Of a stretch of DNA of 64,000 bases, positions 20,253-30,780 are shown piece by piece (within the stretch, counting starts at the first letter, position 1; every line of letters begins with the position of its first letter). A model generated the notes under the pieces. The model worked only from the letters and a program-made list of their open reading frames with translations, was not told where the DNA came from and made no database searches. Both the position numbers and the translations under genes were made by a program. The DNA is from an uncultured Spirochaetota bacterium (lineage in GTDB: Bacteria > Spirochaetota > Spirochaetia > SZUA-6 > Fen-1364): positions 67,039 to 131,038 of the forward strand of contig CAVUXE010000022.1 in NCBI GenBank assembly GCA_963745235.1, in the 5' to 3' direction.

Positions 20253-23200
20253 CCTCCGCGTTGTGCAGGTATTTCTGATACTCCTCCCGGACCCTCTCCA
20301 GCCGGCGTGACAGCCGGGAGACGAGCTGGTCCGCCGTTGCTGCGCCTCCCAGCATCAACCGCGCGAGGGCCCGCAGCTGACCGGGATCGCTGGGAAGGCT
20401 GTGCGTCTGTCGGTCCTCGTAGATCTGGAGGAAATGCTCCACGCGCCGCAGGAAGATGTAGTCCCCGGAGAGGCCCTCCACTGTCTCCCGGGAGAGGATG
20501 CCTGCCGCGCCCAGCGCACGCAAGGCGGGAAGCGTTCCGCCCTGCAGGAGCTCGGGCATCTTCCGCGCGTGGACAAGCTGCAGTCCCTGGGCAAGGAACT
20601 CTATGTCGCGCAGCCCGCCGAGGCCGGTCTTGATGTCGGTGGTTGTGAGGATGCTTCGCGACAGAGCGCGCAGCGCTTCCGTTCGCAGCCGGTCGATGGA
20701 TGAGGCGATCTCTGCCGGAGCGTGGGCGGACAGGAGCACTTCCTGCGCCGAGCGGAGAAATGCCCGCCCGAGCTCGGCGTCCCCCGCCACCGGTCTTGCC
20801 TTGAGAAGCGCCTGCACCTCCCAGAGCGCGGCATGGCGGGAGTAATACGTGCGAAGCGATTCCAGGGAGAACACGAGCTGCCCTGAGCTGCCGTAGGGCC
20901 GCAGGCGGAGGTCGACGCGATACGCGTACCCCTCTGTCGTGTGGGCGGAGAGGTCGGCTCGCAGCGCCTCCATGACGGGCGCGGCGGCCTCCGCGTCAGT
21001 CTCATCTCCGCTGCAGAGGCCCAGGAGATCGATGTCGGAGCTGTAGTTGAGCTCCCGGCCGCCGAGCTTTCCGAATGCGACGACACAGAATGCCGGCAGG
21101 CGGCCTGCGCCGGTTGCGCGCGCGGCCTTCAGCCTTCTCTCCAGGGCCGCCCCTATGACGCCGTCCGCCAGGTCCGAGATTTCCTCCATGATCCGCTGCG
21201 TTGGTGCGCCGAGGCACATGTCCCGGGCACCGATGCGCAGGATCTCCCGCCTGCGGTAGCGCCGCAGCGCATCCACCCAGGCGGCGTGCTCCGGAGTCTG
21301 CTCCGAAATATCGGCAAGCTCCGCGGAGATCTCCTCCGCGTTGCGGGGCACGTTCAGCACGTCCCGTCTCCCGATGTAGTCGAGAAACTCTGGATTTCGC
21401 ACCAGCGTATCCGCGAGAAACTGGCTGGCGGAACAGATGGAAAGAAGGATCTCCAGCCGCATGGGCTGGGACAACATCTGGCGAAGGTGGGCGGCGGGGT
21501 CGGAAAGGGAATGGAGGAACCTCTCCCAGTTGTTGAGCGCCATGTCGGGATCCGGCCGCTGGGCCAGGACATCCGTGGCAAGGATTGCAAGCCGCGCAAA
21601 GAGCGCGCGCCTGTCCGCCTCTCCCGCGATCTGGCGCAGGTTGAGCACGGCACGGGCCGGATTTGCAAAACCCTTTTCCGCCAGGGCGGCCTCCGCCAGC
21701 TCGAAGGGAACCGTATTCGAGAGGACGATGTCCGCAACGGTGATCTTGGGAACGCCGGGGAGCGTTTCCCGGCCGAAGTATCGTTCCACGAACGCGCGCA
21801 CCTCCGCGCTGTGCGTCTCGAAGTCCAGGTGAAGCTTTCTCGCGGGACCGATGTCGGGGTCGGGCGGGTACCCCATGCGGCGCGCGAGGTGCAGATACTC
21901 GTCCGAGTCCAGCCCGGGAAGAAACAGGTCCTGCGCCGAGCCGCGCAGCATCCGCAGGCCGTTGATCAGGTGCCGGAAGAACCTGTACGCGGACACCAGC
22001 TCCTCCGCCTCTCCCGCGTCGAGCACGCCGATGGAGGCGAGGGCATCCAGCGCCTCGTGGATGCGGGGCGTGCGCAGCCGCGCCTCCGCCGCTCCATAGG
22101 TGACCTGGAGGGCCTGGACCGCGTACTCCAGGTCTACCAGGGCCCCGGGGCTGAACTTTGCGTTCAACCTGCCGCGCTGGACCTTTTCCTGCGCCTGCTT
22201 GAGCCGGATGTCGCGCAGCTCCGCGAGGTCGATGCTGCGCGCCGCGTACACCATCTCGTCACGGAGGCGCTCAACCTGGCGGCCGAATGCCTTGTCTCCC
22301 CCCACGGCGCGCAGGCGCACCAGGGAGAGCCGCTCATAGGAATGGGACCCTCCCCCCGGGACGTAATAGGTGCAGAAGCTCTCCAGGCTGCATGCGAGCG
22401 GGCCGGATGCGCCGAAGGGCCGCAGGCGAAGGTCCATATGGAAGATCCCTTCGCGCTTGGCGTGCACCAGCCGCAGCACCTCCCGCACGAGGCTGTCGAA
22501 GAACTCAGCGTTGCCGATGACCTCCGGGCCCTCCGTGAAGCCGCTGTCGCTGTACACGAACAGAAGCTCGATGTCGGATGCGTACCCCAGGGCCGCGCCG
22601 CCGAGCTTCCCGAGCCCCATGATGGCGAGCCTCACCGGCAGCCCGGCAACGGTGCGCGGCTGTCCGAATCTCGCGGCGAGCTGGCGCCAGGCGCATGAGG
22701 CCGCCGCGTCGACCACCACTTCCGCAAGCGCCGTGAGCCGCCTGCTCAGCGTGAGGAAGTCCGAGATGAAGGACTCCTCGTTTGCGGAAGACCTGCGCTG
22801 CGGAGCAAGGATGTGGTCCAGATCGAAGAGATAGATTTCCCTGTCCTTGAACTCGTTCAACCTCCGTGCAAGCTCCTCGGGGTTGGCAGCGCCGGCCAGG
22901 GCCATCTCCAGTCTCTCGGGGAGGAGCTCGAGAGGCTCGACGAGACTCTTTCCCGGGACACCGGGTCCGAGGAGCGGAATCAGCTCCTCGTACTGCAGGC
23001 GGACAAAATCCTCCCAGAGAAAGGAGCTTGCGCCCAGGAGCTGCGCGAGGTCCCGCAGGACGCTCTGGCTGGAGAGAAGCTCCACCCAGCGGGCCTGCCC
23101 CGGTGCGGAAACGATGTCCTTCACGAGCTGCTCGAATCTCAGCAGCGCCGCCAACGGGTCCGATGCGCTGCCCAGGAACGAGGTGAACTGCTTTGTGAGA

Positions 23201-24013
23201 AGGACCGAGAGCTTGATGCCATCCAATCGGGACTGGTCCGTTATCGGTCTCCCCGCCCCGTCCACGAGCTCCAGCTCGTCCTCGATCCTTCCCTGCTCCG
23301 TCCTGATGATGACGCTTTCAATGGAAACGTCCTGCAGGGAAAGGGCGGTGGAGAAGGCATAGAGGAAAAAGGGGGTATCCTGCGCCTTCACGCGCATGCG
23401 GGTGCGCGCCACCGGTGATCCGTCAAAGCCCAGCTCAATTCGCACGGGGTAGAGAACGCCCTGGGCTTCCAGCTTCAGATCGGCAAGCTTTTCGGCAGCC
23501 ATCTCGTTCACCGTTTGCCGCGCGCGCGCCGCGGCTTCCCCGCCCTGTTCCAACGCCGCGAAGATTCCCGGCAAGGGTGGCGGACAGTCTTTCCAGCCAC
23601 GTCTCGTCTTCGGCGGCACCGGCTCCCGTCACCGTGAGCTGGTCGATGATACGCTTGCGCCGAAGCGCCCCGTCACGGGGAGTTCGCTCGTCAGGGGGGG
23701 CCCAGGTGAAGATGTCCCCGGACAGGATGTTGAAGCCCATGGCGGAGAGGACCCCGGCGATGAGGGAGAAGGCCCCCAGGTGGTCGAAGGCGAGGACCGT
23801 GCAGACGAGCGCGCCCGGTTCCCGCCGGCTGCCCAGGACCTTGACCGGCACTCCGGTTCCCAGGCTCGCGAGCCCCGCGATCTGAGAGGCGATCTCATCC
23901 TCGGAAAACCGCGTGAAGTAGCGCTCATCCAGGCGCCGCAGGTGCTCGTCCACGACGCGCGGATCCACCGTGGCGAGGCGGGCCTTGATGCGCTCCACGA
24001 GAGCCGCAGGCAT
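20245..24013 (-). CDS. glnE: Glutamine synthetase adenylyltransferase/adenylyl-removing enzyme with an N-terminal tandem ACT-like extension; apparent indel near 23568
   Basis: Two nucleotidyltransferase domains (GLGKLGGAALGYASDIEL...DLRLRPFG and AFGKLGGRELNYSSDIDL...DLRLRPYG); the N-terminal 150 aa lie in ORF 23435..24280. Confidence 0.9.
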
Positions 24014-24019
24014 GCGGCA

Positions 24020-24048
24020 AGCATACGTGGGCTGGCGGCCGTTGCCAA
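24020..24048 (-). promoter_or_regulatory. Sigma70 promoter, leaderless arrangement for glnE
   Basis: TTGGCA-N17-TATGCT-N6-ATG(24013); no SD sequence. Confidence 0.6.
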
Positions 24049-24101
24049 GGGAGGCCGGAGCGGTCGCGGAGAGTGCATATTCATGGGAGGATGCGTCACG
24101 T

Positions 24102-24725
24102 ATGCCGCGACAGAACCGAGTCAACCCATTCGGGGAGCTGATAGCCGCGGATTCCCGCGGCACTTTGATGGGCAACCGCGGCTGCCTGCATGACGGAGAG
24201 CAGCGCATCCGACGGGCATTTGCCTGCGCGAGGTGGATCATCTGCGTGCTGGAGTTTCGTGGTCGACATCGAACCATCATGAGGCCCGGCCATTACACCG
24301 AGCTGTTCTTCCTCGATGAGGCCACGGCGCTGGCCGCCGGCCACCGGCCGTGCGCCGAGTGCCAGCGCGCGCGGTACAACCTCTTTCGCGAGACCTGGGC
24401 AGCGTCCCGACCGCAAGCCGACGAGATCGATCGGGTTCTCCACGCTGAGCGGCTGAACGCCGAGCGGCGGAAGCGCACGTACCTCGCCCCCGTGTCCGAG
24501 CTGCCCGCCGGCGTGTTTGTGGCGGATGGCGAGGGTATCCCGTACCTTGTGCTGGATGAGCGGCTCGTGCGGTGGGAGCCGGGTGGGTACACGCGGAGCA
24601 TTCCCAAGCCTCCCGGCGCCGATTTTCAGGTGCTGACCCCGGCGTCGACCGTGCGGGCCATTTCGCTGGGATATCCGGTCACCTTCCATCCCTCGGCAAA
24701 GACGGCCGCGTCGCGGTCCGGGTGA
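24102..24725 (+). CDS. Hypothetical protein with an Ada-like metal-binding motif
   Basis: GGGAGG RBS; GTLMGNRGCLH, WIIC and ELFFLDEATALAAGHRPCAEC. Confidence 0.75.
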   Translation: MPRQNRVNPFGELIAADSRGTLMGNRGCLHDGEQRIRRAFACARWIICVLEFRGRHRTIMRPGHYTELFFLDEATALAAGHRPCAECQRARYNLFRETWAASRPQADEIDRVLHAERLNAERRKRTYLAPVSELPAGVFVADGEGIPYLVLDERLVRWEPGGYTRSIPKPPGADFQVLTPASTVRAISLGYPVTFHPSAKTAASRSG

Positions 24726-24735
24726 GGGGACGACT

Positions 24736-24866
24736 CGCCCCCGCGAAAAAGCGCCCCCGCGAAAAGCGCCCCCAGTGCAGGGAGGCACAAGGGGCGCTGA
24801 GACAGGGATGCGTAGCACGCCCGCCAGGGCGTGCGGAGGGCGGCAGCCGCTTGCGGAGCAAACGGC
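24736..24866. repeat. Intergenic cluster of short direct repeats and hairpins
   Basis: cgcccccgcgaaaa(a)g x2.5 at 24736-24773; stems at 24765-24798, 24815-24834 and 24846-24866. Confidence 0.6.
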
Positions 24867-24876
24867 GGGAGCCTCG

Positions 24877-24904
24877 AAAAGCGCCCCCCGCGCTTGCGGG
24901 GGGC
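24877..24904 (-). terminator. Rho-independent terminator of glnA
   Basis: 9-bp stem GCCCCCCGC/GCGGGGGGC, then GCTTTT on the minus strand, about 40 nt after the glnA stop. Confidence 0.65.
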
Positions 24905-24943
24905 AAAGAGGATAGGATCAGGAAGCTGAGGAGAAACGCCTTT

Positions 24944-26368
<1,425 letters not shown>

Positions 26369-26393
26369 TGTAAATGCCTCCTTGCCCATAATG

Positions 26394-26480
26394 CCCCTCC
26401 CGATCCCACGGCGTGCGGCGTACCCGCCGAACGGGTACGCCCGTACCGCGGGGGGCCACGGCCGAACGCCACAGGAGGGG
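26394..26480 (-). promoter_or_regulatory. Structured 5' leader of glnA (candidate cis-regulatory RNA)
   Basis: Outer stem CCCCUCCU-GUGGCGU / ACGCCGU...GGGAGGGG enclosing two hairpins, one a perfect 10-bp stem. Confidence 0.45.
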
Positions 26481-26510
26481 TTGCGGGAAACACGTTCCCA
26501 CCCGCCAGAA

Positions 26511-26527
26511 TGCAAACGCCATGCCAG
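26511..26527 (-). promoter_or_regulatory. Sigma54 (-24/-12) promoter of glnA
   Basis: CTGGCATGGCGTTTGCA with exact GG-N10-GC spacing; AT-rich tract upstream at about 26543-26580. Confidence 0.72.
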
Positions 26528-26748
26528 GAGATGCCAGAGAGAGTAATTTATTACCACTAAAAGAAATAGGACGATTTCAAGTCCGGAATTCTGAGCCCAC
26601 GGGGTACATAAATGTAGGACCGAAAACCGGGGGTATACGCAATTGTAGCTTTCGTCGAACACCTGTAATGCGACTCATCGCCGGGCGGCCAAACCGGCCA
26701 AACCACCCTTTGTTGCGCCGCCAGATCGCATGATGCTACACTCTGGCA

Positions 26749-27387
26749 GTGGAAAGCTACCTGGATGAGCTGCTGCAGCGGCACCCCGTGCTTGTCCCCT
26801 GCAGGGGCCATATCGAGAAGGCGTACGGTCTTCTTGTGGACTGCTATGAGAAAGGCGGCAAGCTTCTCCTGTGCGGAAACGGCGGCAGCGCCGCTGACTG
26901 CGAGCATATCGTTGGCGAGTTGATGAAGGGCTACCTGCACGCGCGGCCCCTGCCGGGGGAAGTCCGCGCGCGACTGGCGCAGGCTGATCCTGAGATGGGC
27001 AAGGCCCTGGGGGACACTCTCCAGGGTTCACTCCCCGCAATCGACCTCACCGCGGGGGTTTCTCTCAACAGCGCCTTCGGCAACGACGTTACCCCAGTGC
27101 ACGCCTACGCGCAGGCAGCCTACGGACACGGGAAGCGCGGCGACGTTCTTCTCGGGTTGAGCACCTCCGGCAACGCCGCGAACGTTCGGGCCGCCCTCTG
27201 CGTTGCGCGGGCCATGGGCATCTCCACCATCGGGATGACGGGGCTGGGGGGAGGCAGGATGGCCGGCCTGTGCGACGTGCTGATTGCGGTGCCTGCCCGC
27301 CGGACCTTCGAGATCCAGGAGCTGCATCTCCCCGTGTATCACTGCCTCTGCGCAATGGTGGAGGCCCATTTCTGGAGTGAGCGCTGA
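26749..27387 (+). CDS. gmhA: SIS-domain phosphosugar isomerase, GmhA-like
   Basis: CGNGGSAAD.EH..GEL, GND, GLSTSGN..NV and IQELHL..YH. Confidence 0.8.
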   Translation: MESYLDELLQRHPVLVPCRGHIEKAYGLLVDCYEKGGKLLLCGNGGSAADCEHIVGELMKGYLHARPLPGEVRARLAQADPEMGKALGDTLQGSLPAIDLTAGVSLNSAFGNDVTPVHAYAQAAYGHGKRGDVLLGLSTSGNAANVRAALCVARAMGISTIGMTGLGGGRMAGLCDVLIAVPARRTFEIQELHLPVYHCLCAMVEAHFWSER

Positions 27388-28522
27388 CATCGAAAACACG
27401 GGGATCGACACCACCGAGATCGTGATAGAGAAGCTCGTGGCCGGCGGTGAGGGCCTCGGGTTCCTGGACGGCAAGGCGGTATTCGTGCCGGGGACGCTTC
27501 CCGGAGAGAAAGTCCGGGTGCGCCTGACCCAGCGCCACAGGGACTTCGACCGCGCATCCCTGCTTTCGGTGCTGGTCTCTTCCCCTGCCCGGCAGGAGCC
27601 GCCCTGCGCTCTTGCGGGGATATGCGGCGGCTGCGACTGGCTCCACGTGCGCTACGAAGAGCAGCTTGCGCAGAAAGTCTCGATAGTCCGGGAGGCCTTC
27701 CGAAGGGTCGGGCGGTTTGACTGGAAGGAAATCAGCATCCATGCAGGTCCCTCACTCGGCTACCGCAATCGCGTGCAGATGCACCGCGATGGAGCCGGCC
27801 GGCTCGGGTTCATGGGCGCCGGCAGCCGCCGCGTGGTCCCCGTGGAAACCTGCCCCGTCTCTGACCGCGCAATCAATCGCGTTTTCGATTCGCCCGGGCT
27901 TGCGCCGGCGGATATGGACAGGTTCACCGTCTGGGGATGCGCAGACACAACCGCCGTCCAGGGAATGGACCGTGATGGCGAGGTCGCAGTCCGGGTGCTG
28001 GAGAAGGAGATTGTCTTTTCCGTTGACTGCTTCTTCCAATCCAACCTCTCCCTGGTGTCGCAGCTGGTTCCCTTCGTCATGAGCGGGCTGAGCGGGGAAT
28101 CCGCGGCAGACCTCTACTGCGGGGTGGGCCTCTTCGGCGCGTTTCTGGCGGATCGTTTCTCGCGGGTGACCGCGGTGGAGTCCAGCTCTCTCAGCCTGTC
28201 ATATGCCCGGCGGAACATGTCCGGCCCGGCGCATGACTTCTACCCAATGAGCGTCGAGCAATGGATGGAATCCGGGGCGGCGCGGGGGAGGCTGGATGCG
28301 GTTGTCGTGGATCCTCCGAGGTCGGGGCTTGGCCCGGAGGTGCGCCGCTGGCTCACGCAGGCCATGCCGGGCAGGCTCATCTACGTTTCCTGCAACCCGG
28401 TGACGCTGGCGCGGGACCTGGGTGAGCTTGTGCGCTCCGGATTGACGCTGGAGGAGGTCGGGCTCTTCGATTTCTTTCCCCAGACCTCGCACATCGAAAC
28501 GGCAGCCAGGCTTCGCATATGA
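27377..28522 (+). CDS. RNA (uracil-C5)-methyltransferase, RlmD/TrmA family (TRAM domain plus Fe-S cluster)
   Basis: C...CGGC, FFQSN, DLYCGVGLF, VDPPRSG, YVSCNPVTLARD and DFFPQTSHIE. Confidence 0.88.
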   Translation: MSADIENTGIDTTEIVIEKLVAGGEGLGFLDGKAVFVPGTLPGEKVRVRLTQRHRDFDRASLLSVLVSSPARQEPPCALAGICGGCDWLHVRYEEQLAQKVSIVREAFRRVGRFDWKEISIHAGPSLGYRNRVQMHRDGAGRLGFMGAGSRRVVPVETCPVSDRAINRVFDSPGLAPADMDRFTVWGCADTTAVQGMDRDGEVAVRVLEKEIVFSVDCFFQSNLSLVSQLVPFVMSGLSGESAADLYCGVGLFGAFLADRFSRVTAVESSSLSLSYARRNMSGPAHDFYPMSVEQWMESGAARGRLDAVVVDPPRSGLGPEVRRWLTQAMPGRLIYVSCNPVTLARDLGELVRSGLTLEEVGLFDFFPQTSHIETAARLRI

Positions 28523-30780
28523 AGAAGCCCGAGCTCCTTTCGCCCGCCGGGAGCTTTGAGGCGGCGTACCAGGCCTTCGAAGCGGGAGCGGATGGCGTCT
28601 ACCTGGGCCTGACCGAGTTCTCTGCCCGAAAGTCGGCGACGAACTTCGACCTTCCCCAGCTTCGACGAATCCTCGGGCTCGCGCGGCAGAAAGGCCGCAG
28701 GATCTACGTCACGGTGAACACGGTGATCCGCGAGGCCGAGATGCCGCGGGTCGCTTCCCTGTGCGGAGGGCTTCAGTCCCTCGACGTGGACGGGGTGATC
28801 GTGCAGGACGTCGGCCTGTGCGCTCTCCTTGCCCGCGGCTTTCCACACCTGGCCATCCATGCCTCCACCCAGATGGCAATTCACAACGACAGCGGTTTGC
28901 GGTTCGCCCGGGAGGTGGGGATCCGCCGCGTCGTGCTCTCCCGCGAGCTGACCCTGGAGAAAATCCGTTCCCTGCGGCAACGTCACGCGGACATCGAGCT
29001 GGAGGTTTTTGTCCACGGCGCCCTGTGCTACAGCTTCTCGGGAGTCTGCCTTGCCTCCTGGGCGCTGACGGGAAGGTCTGGAAACAGGGGGGACTGCGCG
29101 CAGATCTGCCGCAGCGTGTTCTGCTCGGGAAAGGACCGGGAAGCCACGCCATTCTCCTGCAGGGATCTCTCCCTTGGCACCGAGGTTCTGAAGCTCGCCG
29201 AGGCCGGCATCGATTCATTGAAAATCGAAGGAAGGATGAAGTCTCCCGAATACGTCTTCCACGTCACCCGGCTCTATCGGGAGATCCTGGATAAAGGCAG
29301 CGCGCTTTCGGAGGCCGAGCTGGGGGAGCTTCAGAGAAGGGCTGAGACCACGTTCTCCCGTGAAAAGACGAAAGGATACTTCTCCTCTTCCCGAGGCGAA
29401 CACCTCCTCACCACCGGGTATCCCGGACATCGGGGCATCCCCCTGGGGACCGCAACACGGGTCCAGGGCAGGGAGATCGGTCTTCGCCTGGTGACAAGGG
29501 TGTCGCTGCGCGACGGCGTAGGCTACTGGCTGCCGGGCGTCCGGGATCCGGTGATCTTCTCCGTGCGCCAAATCCGCAAAGGAGAAAAACAGGCGCGGTT
29601 TGCTGAAAAAGGAGATGCCGTCTTCATTCCCGTTGAGGCCGCGGCGCCACTGCCTCCCGCCGGATCGGAGGTCCGGTTGTTCTCCTCAAGGTTCCTGGAC
29701 CGCCCGGTTGCAAAAGAGTCGACAATCCCGCCGTACCGGATCCCCGTCAAGCTGGAGGCCACGCTCCGGGAGGAGTCGGGCGCGGCATTTCTTGATTGTC
29801 GGGCGGATATGGCCGGCGGGAGGTTCGCTTTCCGCAGAGAGCTCAAGCTCATCGAGTCAACCGGCGGGAAGTCGTTCGAAGACGTTCTCAGCAAGCTCCT
29901 TGGGGAATCAGGAAGCTCCCTGTTTACCCTTGGAGAGCTTTCGTTCTCGAACATGACGGGAAGAGCAGACAGGGAAATCTTTGTGCCTCCGTCTGAGCTG
30001 AAGAAAGCAAGGAAAGAGATCTTCGCGGCGCTGGAGCAATGGCACCTGTCGGAGGTCGAGCGGACGTCCCAGGCTGCCCTGGCGGCCGCGCCCCCAGCGC
30101 CTGCCCCTGCGGCCGCTTTGCACACTTTGCCTGCCGCGTTGGACGTTTCCGTGCTCGGCAACCGGGACCTCCTGTCTCCCCCTGCCAGGCAGCCCACGCC
30201 GTTCGCGACACTCGGGGATATCAGAACGGGGCCTGCCTCCCTTTCCTCCCTTGGCGGTCTGGTCTTTGTTCCGCTTCCTCCGGTCATGCCGGATGATGAC
30301 GCGTGGATCGAGGCCCTCCGGGGCCTTTTCGACGCGAATCCGAAGGTCCGCTTCGCAATCGGGCTCAGCAATGTTGGCCATCTCGATCTCGCCCGCACGC
30401 TGGCAGACCAGGAGCGCTGCTCTTTCTTTGTCGACTTCTATCTCTACGTCGCCAATCGAAGCGCTCTTTCGTTCCTTGCGGCGCGGATACCGCGGCTGCT
30501 CTTTCTCTATTCGTGGATCGAGGCTGGTGAAACGATTCTCTTCGACGGGGCGGCGACTGTTCCTCCGGTCGTCAGGATAGCGGAAAGCTACCGTCCGCCG
30601 CTCTTCTACAGCCTTGGCTGCTATGAGCGTCATGCCGTGGGCGGTGGACTGTGCAGGGACGGCTGCCCGAAGGATTTCACCGGGGAGCTGCGGCAGGGGA
30701 GGAACACCTTCACCGTCGCAGTGAACGACTGCGTCACGTATCTGTTTCAGGCATCATCGTCGGGACCCTCTTCCCGGTAG
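28519..30780 (+). CDS. Long U32-family protein (RlhA-like RNA hydroxylation factor)
   Basis: PELLSPAGS, HASTQM, FVHGALCYSFSG.C, RSGNRG.CAQ.CR and KIEGRMK. Confidence 0.85.
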   Translation: MKKPELLSPAGSFEAAYQAFEAGADGVYLGLTEFSARKSATNFDLPQLRRILGLARQKGRRIYVTVNTVIREAEMPRVASLCGGLQSLDVDGVIVQDVGLCALLARGFPHLAIHASTQMAIHNDSGLRFAREVGIRRVVLSRELTLEKIRSLRQRHADIELEVFVHGALCYSFSGVCLASWALTGRSGNRGDCAQICRSVFCSGKDREATPFSCRDLSLGTEVLKLAEAGIDSLKIEGRMKSPEYVFHVTRLYREILDKGSALSEAELGELQRRAETTFSREKTKGYFSSSRGEHLLTTGYPGHRGIPLGTATRVQGREIGLRLVTRVSLRDGVGYWLPGVRDPVIFSVRQIRKGEKQARFAEKGDAVFIPVEAAAPLPPAGSEVRLFSSRFLDRPVAKESTIPPYRIPVKLEATLREESGAAFLDCRADMAGGRFAFRRELKLIESTGGKSFEDVLSKLLGESGSSLFTLGELSFSNMTGRADREIFVPPSELKKARKEIFAALEQWHLSEVERTSQAALAAAPPAPAPAAALHTLPAALDVSVLGNRDLLSPPARQPTPFATLGDIRTGPASLSSLGGLVFVPLPPVMPDDDAWIEALRGLFDANPKVRFAIGLSNVGHLDLARTLADQERCSFFVDFYLYVANRSALSFLAARIPRLLFLYSWIEAGETILFDGAATVPPVVRIAESYRPPLFYSLGCYERHAVGGGLCRDGCPKDFTGELRQGRNTFTVAVNDCVTYLFQASSSGPSSR

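Noticed and set aside
24736-24904. Mini CRISPR array
   Set aside because: Repeats are only 14-16 bp, mostly adjacent, and lack regular unique spacers
26369-26662. 98-aa N-terminal extension of GlnA in the ORF track
   Set aside because: It spans the promoter and leader; a strong SD precedes ATG 26368, where GS homology begins
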